DNA of 64,000 nt, from positions 1,178,001-1,242,000 of the forward strand of contig OZ241829.1 of the NCBI GenBank assembly GCA_965202585.1. Direction: 5' to 3'. Under the pieces are notes generated by a model, which was not told the DNA's origin, did not search any database, and was given only the letters and a program-made list of their open reading frames with translations. Positions 10,877-23,200 of this stretch are shown one piece after another. Position 1 is the stretch's first letter, and each line of letters opens with the position of its first letter. Origin of the DNA: Thalia democratica. Its lineage: Eukaryota. The position numbers and the translations under genes were made by a program.

Positions 10877-12802
10877 CAAAGCTAACACAAGTTTTTGAAT
10901 TTTATACAAGTTTTAAAATGTTTTTGATCTGTTAGAGATATTTCATGTAAAAAACAGATTAATTTATTTTTGAAAGTTATATATTTTATTTTTGTGTCAA
11001 TGTTTCAAAAAATAATCAATTAAGCTAGTTATTTTTTAACTGATATAATAAATGTATTCGTGTTTTAATGATATATGTAGCTAAAATAAAACAGAACTAT
11101 GTAATTATAAAATAACAAAGTGAGTTATTTGCATAAGTTTCAACCGTCTTATTTTGCTACAAGAAAGTAACTTGTCATAAAAAAACGAACCATTGAATTT
11201 AGAAGGCTTATATTATTTTTAAGATTAGATCTTCAAAAATAAGTTGTAATTACTTATTGAAAAAAACTGCACAAGTAATATAAAATACGTAGCAAGAAGA
11301 GGAAAATTTTTAATTTTTTGAGACTAACTCCAGTTGTTGAGTTTTAAGTTATAATTTGTATATCAGTGATGATTGGTTCATCTTAAAATATCATACAAAC
11401 AATAATAAATACATGACAAGAAATGAACAAAAGTATTTATTAAAAGGGTCAAACAAAAAAAAAAGCAGAATACTTTATATTGACTAATACAGTTTTTGTT
11501 TTCAAGTATTATAAACTTGTTTGTTGCTAAATTTTAATTAACCTTTGTCACTGTAAATAGTAAACTTGTATTTTTTTTCCTACATAAAAAAAACTACATA
11601 GTTGGAAATTTTCTGTTTTTTTCACGTAGGTATATTTTCTCTTATAAACAAGATTAAGAAGCTAAACTTTAATTTTTTTGTCAAAAAGACTGTACTGCAT
11701 TTAAATACTTAGAACTCGAAGTAGCGTGAATGCAAAAATCTTTAATAACATCATTAAATTAAAAATAACTTTTTTACCAAAAGTATTGGTTTTAAAAAGT
11801 ATTTATTTTAAAACAAGTATTAGTCAAAAATTTGAAGGCCAAGAAGCCAAAGTCGTTTTAAGTATATTTTTGCAATAATTTTTTGTAGTAGAAACTTCAT
11901 TGTCGGTTTTGATATTTTGTTTTTGGACAATATTTATGATTAAATTCTTTAAAGACGATGCTTGATTTTAACTTGTTATTTAAATCAACTTAGGTAAAAA
12001 ACGATTGCCTTAATAAACATCGAAAATTTTCAGTACATTTGAAAACCTCACAAACTCTAGTAGTGGTTTCAGAGTTAGTGATTACACTTTTTTTTGGTTT
12101 AAATAACTATAAAAATTTACATGTTTTTAAACTTTATATTTCTAAACAACAGAAACTTTCTTTAAAATAGGTTCCTAAACGTGTCTTTAGGAGTTTTAAA
12201 ATTAATGAAAACTAAACATTGACGACAGTTTAAGATTATTTAAGTAACTTTTTAGTAATTAGTTTTGGTAGATAGCTTAGTTTTGTCAAAAAAGTTTTTT
12301 GCATATTTGCTGTATCAAATTTATAGTTAATAAGAACATTGGGTAGAATTTAATTATAACTAATTAAACTTCATAAAGGTGTATAAACTGTTTGCGAAAA
12401 TTTACTTATTGTACAACTTACAAACTAAACGACCTTTTTTGACTAATGTCTTCAAAAACTGGATTTATAATAATATGTTTATTGAGTGACTGCAGCTTTA
12501 AAGATAAAAAATGATTTTTATCAAATCCAATTGGTTTAAAAATCTAAAATTTATCGAACCCGTAAAAGTATTAATGTTGTAGTTAATTTTTTTATCTATA
12601 TTTTTACTATTTCGCATACTTCAAGATTTTTCCAACGATACTTTGCAAGATTTGCATGAGCTTGTAATAATAGATTGTGTGTTTTCGGGGCCACTTTTTA
12701 ATTAATACTATAAACCACGAATTAAACATTTTTAAGCTATAGAGGTGTTTTTTTTAACATAATTTCTATTTTGTGAAATTTGTAGCGTTGTTTATTATTT
12801 TA

Positions 12803-13035
12803 GGTCTTCACGGTGTGTACGAAGAGATTGGGGTAAACAAAATGAGGGGTAAAGAGATTGTAGAGGTGCCAAAATTAATTTTGAGTTTTACATAACATAC
12901 TCCGGAATTTATGGTTTGGAGCAAAAAAAGGTCTTAAGTACATTTCATGGGAAATTCGAGATAGATATTCTGGAGAGCAAAAAAGTCAGTTATATGCTTG
13001 GGGTGCACATATTTTATTTAAACTTAGTGTGCACA
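12803..13035. repeat. Degenerate repeat fragment sharing the GAGCAAAAAAAGGTCTT module with the hAT-like MITE family
   Basis: GC-rich island with two copies of (ga)gagcaaaaaa(a)(g)gtc and agatattc, as in the elements at 16725 and 60383; termini not identified. Confidence 0.45.
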
Positions 13036-13101
13036 CATTTCAGTTAGCGTGAAGCAGCTAAAGAATTTTATCAGAAATCATAAATAGTTATATGATTATA
13101 T

Positions 13102-13200
13102 CAGGGGTCGGCAGCCTTTTGCAAGCAAAGATAACTTTTACTAGTAAAATTTCTTACAGTAGTCAAAAAACTATGTTATACCACAAAGGTTAATAAACCA
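13102..13200 (+). mobile_element. Solo hAT-like TIR fragment
   Basis: CAGGGGTCGGCAGCC resembles the CAGGGGTCGGCAAAC class of hAT TIRs; no matching right end found and the end coordinate is approximate. Confidence 0.35.
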
Positions 13201-14138
13201 GAAACTACTATTAGTTGGTAAGTATCGATTTAAGAGTCTAGTTTTCATTACAAAGTTGTCATTAAAAAAAGGTATGTTTTTAAGTGAAAATTTCTTTAAG
13301 TGCCGCAGTCTATATGATAAGTTGTCTGTATTTTAGATACTAAAGTATGTTGTAATAAACTTTAAGTATTTTTCATTACATTACTAAAAAATATCAGCAA
13401 AAAGTTATTGTTTATAAAAATTTTTAAATCATTTTTCTCTTAAATGTCGTATAAACCTTGCTACAGGTTATTTTGATAATTTAATTTATAAAAAATATTA
13501 CGAATTTTAACAAGAATATTAAGGATGAAAAATAGACAAGAAACAAGATTTAACAAAAATTTAAACAAAATTAGAAAGTAGTCAATTAGAGCTTAATTAT
13601 TATGAAAATGCATAAAAATAGTCTAAATTAAGAAAATTAAATAAAAAGTACCAAAAATGCTTCGAATATATTTCAGTAATAAAGAAAAAAAAGTACGATT
13701 TTATATTTTGAATTTTTTTATAGTAGAAGTTATATATGAAGCTTTTATCAAATGTTATGGAATAAGTTTTTGATTTAAATAATCAAAATCACAATATTTA
13801 AAAAGTAAACATTAGTTAGTCAGAAAGTCTTCTTGAAACAAATACCAAAACCTTTTAAATAAGGCTGAAGTAAAAAAAAGGTAAAAAAGATATTTTGACA
13901 AAAACTTCATAAAAGAAAGTTATTATAAAAACTAAATAACTTATAAAAAAATTAGTCATATTTGCTATTTTATCGCTGTTAAAAAAGCAAACCAAAAAAA
14001 AAAATCAGCCACAAAACTAAATAATTTATAAAAAAGTGTAGCCCTTATAAAATTGTCTATATACTAGTTTGCAACAATCGCTTGTAAACTTTATCCGCTA
14101 GACGTAGCTAGCAAGCTGTAAAATATTCCAATCAGTTG

Positions 14139-14228
14139 TTATCTGTTGGCCCTGGCTCTATTCAGTCTTTTTTCGAGATGGTTGATTTGTAGCTCGTTTT
14201 CTTCAATTCGATCAAGAGCTGTTCTCAG
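14139..14228 (-). CDS. LRRFIP2: LRRFIP last coding exon
   Basis: attcaaacag acceptor; [29 protein letters not shown]. Confidence 0.93.
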   Translation of the reverse strand: MRTALDRIEENELQINHLEKRLNRARANR

Positions 14229-17200
14229 CTGTTTGAATAAAATAAATTTACAAAAAATCTTACAAAATGTAAAAGTTAAAAAAAAATATATGAAAGCACA
14301 CAGTAAGATTAACTACTAAAGACTTATTCAATAAGTTATACTAATTTCGAGTTTAGTTCAAGCTTTAAAAAATGCTGGTCATGTAATACTTAAAAAAAAA
14401 ACACTTTATCAAAGACTGTATGACAAGCTTAGTATTACAATAGTTTTTCAATGTTATTTATTTTTTTAGTAAAATATTTATTTTTAATTACATCTCTCTG
14501 AAGTCTTCTCTTTTCAGCACGCATTTCATCTTCATTTTTTTCGAGATTTTCACAAATTTGTTTGTTTCTTGCTAATTGCACCTCACATCTTGACAACTAT
14601 ATCAAATTATTATAATTTAAAATCAGTGATAAAAAACTCCACATTTGATAACTAACTTTCATAGCATAACACTGAGTTAGTGGTATCATTTGATGTACTA
14701 AAACAATCTCCTAGTGTGTTTTGTTTGAAATCAAACATTGATTCATATAAAAAAAGTAAGATACTGTATAAAACGTTCAGATGCAGGGTTGCCACTCTTT
14801 GAGTGAGAAAACAATCCAGAAGAACCAAAACTGCCCCGAGTTATCCTGAGTTTTTTCAAATTTTCAAAAAATTAATAAATTCAAGTCCTTAAACAGATTT
14901 GGATATAAAATAATAAAATATTAAAGCTGAATGAATCAAATCTGATTTAAAGTATATAAATAAGCTGTCCTGAAATTAAAAAAAAAACTTTTCCGAGTCA
15001 GCCTGAATGTGAGACAACCCTGCATACCCCAATTATTATTTGAGTTGCCATTCTTTTAGTTATTGGTCTGAATTTCTGGGTAGCCTTGAAAATTGCTAAA
15101 AAACAAAAATTTCTGTAACAAAAAAAAAAACAGTATAAAGCTTTTAATTAATTATATGCCTCTTATTTTTTGTATATAGTTTTTCTTAGAAATTGCTACA
15201 TTAGGTGCAAGAAAAACAACACTAAAAAAGATTAAAAGTTTAGTTCAAATTTAGGGAATGATATAATTGATAAACTATGTTTTAGACTATTTTTATTCAA
15301 TTTTAAATTTAAATAAATAAGCTAGCTTCAAGGAGTGGCAATTCTGTATCGTGTAAATTAAAAACCTTGAAGTTTATAACAGTTTCATTTTCATAACACT
15401 TAAAGCAACAATACAAATAATTAAAGTTAACATAACTGAGTTTTAATTCTAAAATAAGATATATTTTAAATTAGATATAAATGTATTAATTTGTTTTTAG
15501 AATGTAGATTGTTGTATATATAAAAAATAAACTAACACTGGTTTGTAGAACATGTTGGGTTTGTTCGCAATTTTGTAACTTTATTTTGTATTCACCAATT
15601 GTTTTATTTGCTTCGCCTGTTTGTAAAAATCACACATATTAGTAAGTATTTACAATTTCAAGTCAAAAAATTTAGACAAAAATTAGCTTTTTATTCAAAA
15701 CAGGGTTTCTCAAAGTTTTGCAAAACGACCCTTTAAAAAAATTAAAAAGCTATGACACCCTCTAAGTAGTTCACAAAAAACTAATCTTAAACACGCCGAA
15801 GCCCAATTATTTTGCTCTTCAGAACATCTAGTGTAAGCTTCAAATTATGGCTTTAAGCCCCCTCCCCTATTTAGGCCCCTTTATTAATCACGCCACACCC
15901 CCTTGGCAGCTTATGGTCCCCTAAATTTCTGAAACGAACCATTTTGGGAAACTCTGATATAGACTTTATACAGTTGAATGTACGCTTTTGAAGTTTTAAA
16001 AATTTAAAACAGAAAATGGCTTTTGATTTTATCTAACATGAAAAATCAACAATTGCTTTGTAAAACCCTTCACACCAACTTATATGGCCGTATTTAAATT
16101 ATACTAAGACAAAGTTATACAGAATATGTGTACAAAATACGTTTGAAAATGTACTATTAAAACATAAAACAAAAAAAAATAAATTGCTTGTTTCAAAAAG
16201 TATCAACAGATAATACTGAAAAGTAACAGCATTGCAGTGAACAATTTATAACAAATATACAGTTTGACTTCTTAAAAAACAACTACTAAAAATTTGAATA
16301 AAAACATTCGCTAGTCAACAGTAAAGAGCACACTCAATTTATTTTAAATTATAATTTAAATCCTATCAAGTAATCCTGTTAATAAACAGCGTGAAAATTC
16401 TGTTTATAAGACATTTTCAAAGTCATTTTTGTTACGTAAAACTTATTTTATTAAAAAGTTTAAAAAGATAAATTTATATTTTGAACCTCATACAATTTAC
16501 TTACAAAAACATCAAAAAGTTTACTATCTTTAAAATAGCAAATCAAATTGTTAAATACTTTTTTACTTACAACTGTACAAAAAGTATATCTGAATTCTTT
16601 TACTTAATGATATAACTAAAAATACACTAAATAATTTATTCCAAAAAAAAAACAACCTACTACTCTGCATTGATTCAAATACTAATAAGCTAATGATGTG
16701 CTGAATAATTTAACAAATGTATAACAGGGTTTCCCAAACAGGACCCCTTGGGGTCCATCACAGAATTTTAGGGGGCCATGAGCAGTAAAGGGGCCACAGG
16801 GGGCATGAGGTCATAAATTGAAACTTATCTCAGATATTCTGGATTTGATGAAGAAGAGCAAAAAAAAGGTTTTAGGTGTTTTTAATTGTAATTTTTTGAG
16901 AAATCTTTTAGGAGGGGGCCTTTTGAAAAAGTTTGTGAAACCATAATGTATAAACATTGAAAGTTTCTCCATTAATTAAAACACTAATAAACTAATAATG
17001 TATCAATTAATTTTACAATAACTTATAAACATCAAAAGTTTCAAACTAACGCTGAATTTCGATAATTTCCATTTCAATTTGATGTTCATTTTTACCTCCA
17101 TTCACCAAAAGTTCACTTCTTTCTTTTTCATTCAAGTCTCTTCTCAGTTGTTTTATCTGTTTATATAATTATTGACATTAATTTATTGTGAAAAAAATAA

Positions 17201-20200
17201 TTTTAATGTTTATTCAACATACACTTTAAATTAATTTACTCTGTCTGTCACGTCGATATACAATTTTAGAATAAAATTAGTTGCTAAAATTTTTTAATTA
17301 TATATAATATTATTTTCATACTTTTGGGTTCTTTTGAGAAAAGATTTAGCTGTTTTTAATGGTAGCAAAGTAAACATATTTATTTGCTTTAATTTTAATA
17401 CAACTAAAAATAATTGATACTTACTTTGTGATAATAGCTTTTGCAAAAATTTAGTTTAAACATTTTTTCGCAGTTTAACATTATAGGTTGCTTTTATAAT
17501 TTTGCAAATTTTTGCTTAAGAAAACGCAATTACAAAAAATCTGGGAAAATAAGTAAAAAATTTTTTAATTAAGTTTGATTTGTTGCTTTTTTAATATAAA
17601 TTTATTGCCAATATAATCAATTCTGTGGTAACAATACTTCAAATTAACAATGTACTATATCATGTTACATTTAAACTTTATCACAAGTTTTGTTTTAGGT
17701 TAGATAATGAACTCTCAAATTGTTTTTATAAAGTGTTTTGTTAAACTAAGTGCGGCAGATTTTAACATTAAACATTTTTATACAACTTTACTGATAAAGT
17801 GATTTATTTTTGATTACTATATTAAATTTCAATGACAATTTAAAAAATTCCATACGAGTATGTTTCACATACTATTATTTAATTATTTAAAAACACAATT
17901 ATGTTTAATACTAAGGTAAAACTTTACATACTTTTTAATAGTATAAAGTAAAATAATGTAAGCTAATAAATATTTTTTTTATAATTTCTTGCGTTAAAGT
18001 AAAAAAAAAACTTAATTAAAACAAACAAACTTGATCAATTAGATTGTCTTTTTCTTTTGCAATATTCTGTAAACGTTCATCTGTTTATTAAATTTTTAAT
18101 GTTTAGTCATATGTAAGTATTCTATAGCATGATTTTATTTTTAAAAACTGTAAATAATTTAAAAATAAAGTTGATTTAGCAAAACACTTGAAACTTACAA
18201 AACTATTTTGGTAGAGTTTTTAAAAGAATTTTAACATCCTGAAAATAATTTAAAATTAATCATACTTTATTACCTTTTTAATAAAACAAAAAAAAAATGT
18301 TAATCAGTTTTTAATTATACTTGGCTTCTTAAAAAAAAAAAATATTACGAGCACATATGATAATAAAGTGACAGCTTAAAAAAACATTTAACATTTTTAT
18401 ATAAAAAGTTATAAATTAGAATAATAAACACTCACAACGACCTGTGGTTTTCAAGTGAAAAATAATTCTAAAATACTTAATATTAATAATTTACACCTTT
18501 TTAGCCCATCTAAAGCCCTTTGAATATTTTTCAACAATTTTTCACGCCATTTACAGTTATAATAACCACAATTTAATTAATACGATACTTTCAAAAAAAA
18601 CATTATTGAAATGCATCTCAACAATAATTTTTACCTAAAGAACCATCTCCAGCGTGTTCTAGCATTTTGGAAACTTTATATTGTTTTATAATATTTATTA
18701 CTATTCAACACAAACCTAATGGTCCATCACCAGCGTGTTCCAACAGTCTAGCAGCTTTGTGGTTGACAATAGCGTACGTGGTCCTCTCCGATAATTCCTG
18801 ACTGTTCTGATTGTTTTCCTGAGCATTTTCATTTTCCTCAGTTATTTCGTCCTGTCCTATCATCTTGATTCCTTGTTGCTGTTTTGAGTTTGTTCACTAC
18901 TGTTTAATTATGATTATAACTTTGGTCCACAGGTATACTTTGTAATAAATAAGTTTTTAAGCCATCTACTTAAAAAGTATTTTAATGTTTAATACATCTT
19001 TTGAAAAACTTTCATCATAACTGTTTGTGTAAGGTTTTTTTGTATATATTTTTCGGTTGCAATTTTTCATTTTCTTGGGCATCCAATTTTCAATTCAATA
19101 TTTCAAGTTGGCATTAAAAATAAAAACTCCCTTTAAATAAGATAAGACATATAAAAAAACAAAAAAATGAGACTTAAAAATGAAAAGCAAACGTCAAATT
19201 TTATATTTTTGTTGTGTCTGGTGCATTTATAGCATTATGACGACATACTGACATTATCATGTGTGAAAATTCAGATGAGAAATAAAACGTTGTCTGGAAA
19301 TTTATTGAGTTTATGTCAACATGTAATAACAATATGGTTTTCAAAATCAACATGTTTTATTAAAAAAAAGGAGAGTGCATAGTCTTTCATTTTAATAAAT
19401 GTTAAAAATTAATTCATACATGAGATTAAGCTAAATTATGTAAAAAAATATCTTAGTTAAAATTTGATTGAATTTAAATGTATTTATTTAATACTATATA
19501 ACCTCTTAAATTTTTTTTGTTAATGACAAAATGTTTTATAGAAAAAATATTCGATATACATAGTAATTTCAGCTATAACTTGAGCTAAATTATTTGAGAA
19601 CAATTAATACTAATTGAATATTTAACACAATGTTATATGTGCACAGCAAAAAGTCTTAGGATGAAACTATAAGCAATGAATATAAAGCAACTTAGTTAAC
19701 GTACTGAAAAAAAAATTCAAAAAATAATTAATGTAGAGACTTCTATTTGTATACGAATCATTTTTAATTTCATTATATGCTTAAGTTTTAAGACTAATAA
19801 ACTTACTTCTAAAAATAAAACAAATTAAAAAACAACGTTAAAGGTAATTGATCTAATTTAAATTTTCTAAACTAAATAAGAATTTTTAAAAACTTTTAAA
19901 AATTTACAAAAAAACGTTAAAAAATTAAATTAAACGCTCGGAAGAAATTGATTAAACAAATTTCAAACAAATTCGTTCTGTTTTACTTGTGACGTAAAAA
20001 AGAAATATCGAAGTTTTGAAAATGAAAACTTTTTCGCTTTGATGTTTTTGTGAAAAGTTGTGATATTTGAGATGTAATTTTTCACGCCAAGTTTTGTTTG
20101 TAGTGTGAAAACAAAACAACTTATATAATAGTTTGTTTCTTAAAAATCAAATATGAAGTGAAAACTTAATTTGTTTAACTTTTATAAATAGAATTTTTTA

Positions 20201-23200
20201 ATACACAGAAATAATATGTTTTTTTTTTCTATACAATTTTTTACAAAACTTTATACGTTTTAATGTGTTAAGACTATTTGGAGTTCAAGTTTAGAATTTA
20301 AACTTATTTTATTATTTTAAACTAATCATTTTTACTGAATTTTTTTAATTTAGATTTAATCCTACAACTGTCAATGATTTAAGCTTTTTATTGAAGAATG
20401 CATCTACATTTCTAAATATACTTTATTTACTACTTGTTCAACACTATGATACCAGTTTAACATTAAACTATTGTGAAACAGTAATATAATTACTGTTTAA
20501 CACACATTAAATTTGTTAAAAATTTGTATATATATAATAAACACCTGAATAATTTCGTCTCTTTGTTGAAGAGCATGTTTCAAATCAGCATTTCTTTTCC
20601 TCAATGTACCAACCATTCTCTTTTGTTTTTCTAATTCCTAAATTACATAAAATACAATTATCTAAAGTGAGTACTTAATAACTAAATAATCAAAAACCTT
20701 TTAAGGAATTTTTTTCAAATTATATTATAAAACATCAGTAGTAGTTTTGAGCGAATAATTTTATAAATATATTACATTGTATGATACAGTTTGATCGAAT
20801 TTATCTCATCAAAAAAAACATGTCTGTAATAAAACTCATAACTGTGTAAACTATTTCTATAATTTTAAATCTAAATAAACTATACAAATACGAAAAAACT
20901 AAAAAATTTCCCAGCATGACTATTTGGTAACAGAATTTACATTCAAACTAATTCACTTATTGTTTTGTTTCCCCAGAGAAATAACTTAAACAATTTTTAA
21001 TTTAAATTACCAAATTTATTACAAGAAAAATTATATTCAAATATAGTCACAACAAAAATAAAAGAGGAAAACACATACTTTGTATACTAAAACCAACTAA
21101 ATCTGATTTTAAGGTTAAAAACATAAGACATATAAATCTTTTAAATCAATAACGTAATGTTTTAAATGTAAAAAAGGTTATCAATAAACAAACGCGTGTG
21201 AAATAAAAGATAAGAACTATTTTTTATCATAACACCCTATGACAGATAATTGCTCAGAAAATTAAATTTTCATTTAATTTCAGGTGATTACATAGCCAAT
21301 TAAATATTCATTTACAATCGTAAACAATTTTATTGTATATCATATCAAAAAAGAATTAAAACATAAAGTTGTGGTACAATTTAATTGTTTGCTTATCCAA
21401 TTAATTTTAAAACATAATATTAAACTTTTAAGCTATGTATTACTGAACAGATCTTTTTTTGCTGTAAACTGATTGTATACTAACAAATAGTTTAAGAAAA
21501 AAATAAATTGAAAAAATCATGCGTTTTGCATTACCTGAATAGATTATAGTTTTTGTTTGGTAATAATGACACCTCATTAAAAAAAAATAAACTTCTGACT
21601 GTAAGTTGATAAAGTTAACTTATTTCAAAACCTTAAAATTAAAAAAAAATTGTTTGATAAGATAATATTTTAACAGCAAACAAATAAAACATTTTCAATA
21701 AATGTTTAAACTTCAGGCGTTAACTTTATAAATTTTACAACAACAAATAAAAAGCAGTAATAGTTCTAAAGAGAAAGTCATTTTAATTATCTTATTTTTA
21801 CATCACATATAAATTGTCGCAAAATAACCACATGTTGTTAACAAAAAATATAAAAATAAAAAATTATGTAGTACTATTTTCAGAGTTAAATATAAACAAA
21901 ACAATAAAACTATTGGAAATTAGATGTACAAAATTTTTATGTTTGAAAATATAGACTGTCTGAAAATAAATCTTATTTTTGCATAAATCCTGAAGTATAA
22001 TATATACTTTCACTTAAGAAATTTTGAGAATTTTAAAACAATCAAAATTGTTGAATAAAAATTGTTAAAATATTCAATTATGTGAAAATAAATTTTCCAA
22101 TACACACCATGTTTTGACAAGTTCAACAAAAAAACTTTTTATTAAAATCTTTGAGGTTTAGTATAATAACAGAATGAACAAATTAAAATTAAATTTATAT
22201 ATATTCAAGAAACATCACGTCTATGAGCTTTAAAAAATTTTAAATACACAAACTAAATACAAAAAAGGTTATATATAATTTTAAAAAATGTTGTATTTAT
22301 TGAATATAAAAATTTGAAATATTGATACAACTTAACAAATTACTATCACGTCTTACTAAAATACCAACACAAAATAAACCGATATTTTTTTAAGTTTACA
22401 CTGTATATTTATTGAGGACGTGTATAATGTAAAATTTAAACGTTTAGTATATTGATATAACAAAGTTGTGTTTGTACCAATACACAAACTGAAAAATAAA
22501 AATATGTTAACATAGGAAACAACAAAAAGAATTAAATTTCATTAACAGTAGTTTCAACACGTTTTTACATTATTAAAAAGTTTTTAGTATACAACGTATT
22601 TTTTCTTAAAGTTGAAAAAAAACTATGGAAGCGTTCAATCCAGGGTTGCCAAAGAACTTTTATAAATTATTTCCAGGTTTTCTTAATTTCTTTCAGATTT
22701 ACTTAAGTACAAGCTTTTTGGTTTACTTTTTGTTCAAAATTAGTTTAAGGTTAATAACTGTCTTTAATAGTATAACAACATTGAAAAATTACTGAAAAGC
22801 TACTTTAAATGTGTTTTTTAGTAAAAAAAATTTTAATGATAAAATAAATCATCTACATGACAATTTTTTTGTGTCTAATCAAAATTTTATTCTTCAAATG
22901 TAAAAATAGCTTAAAATTTCGTAGCTTAAAAATTTTTACTGATTTTAGTCTAAAATTCAAGTTTTTTTTTTCAGAACTCCTAAAATTACATGTTTTTCCA
23001 AGCTTTTTTTCCCTAAAATGTCAAATTCCAGGTTTTTCCAGGATTTCAGATTTTTTGGCAACTCTTTAAATTAACAATAATTACAAAATTTTTACTAAAA
23101 ATTTATACTGACAAAAAAAATTATTAATTAAAACTATTCTACCGTGTCTTTATAGTCGCTTCACGATTTTGGAAAAAGTTGGCACTTATGTATTTAATAA

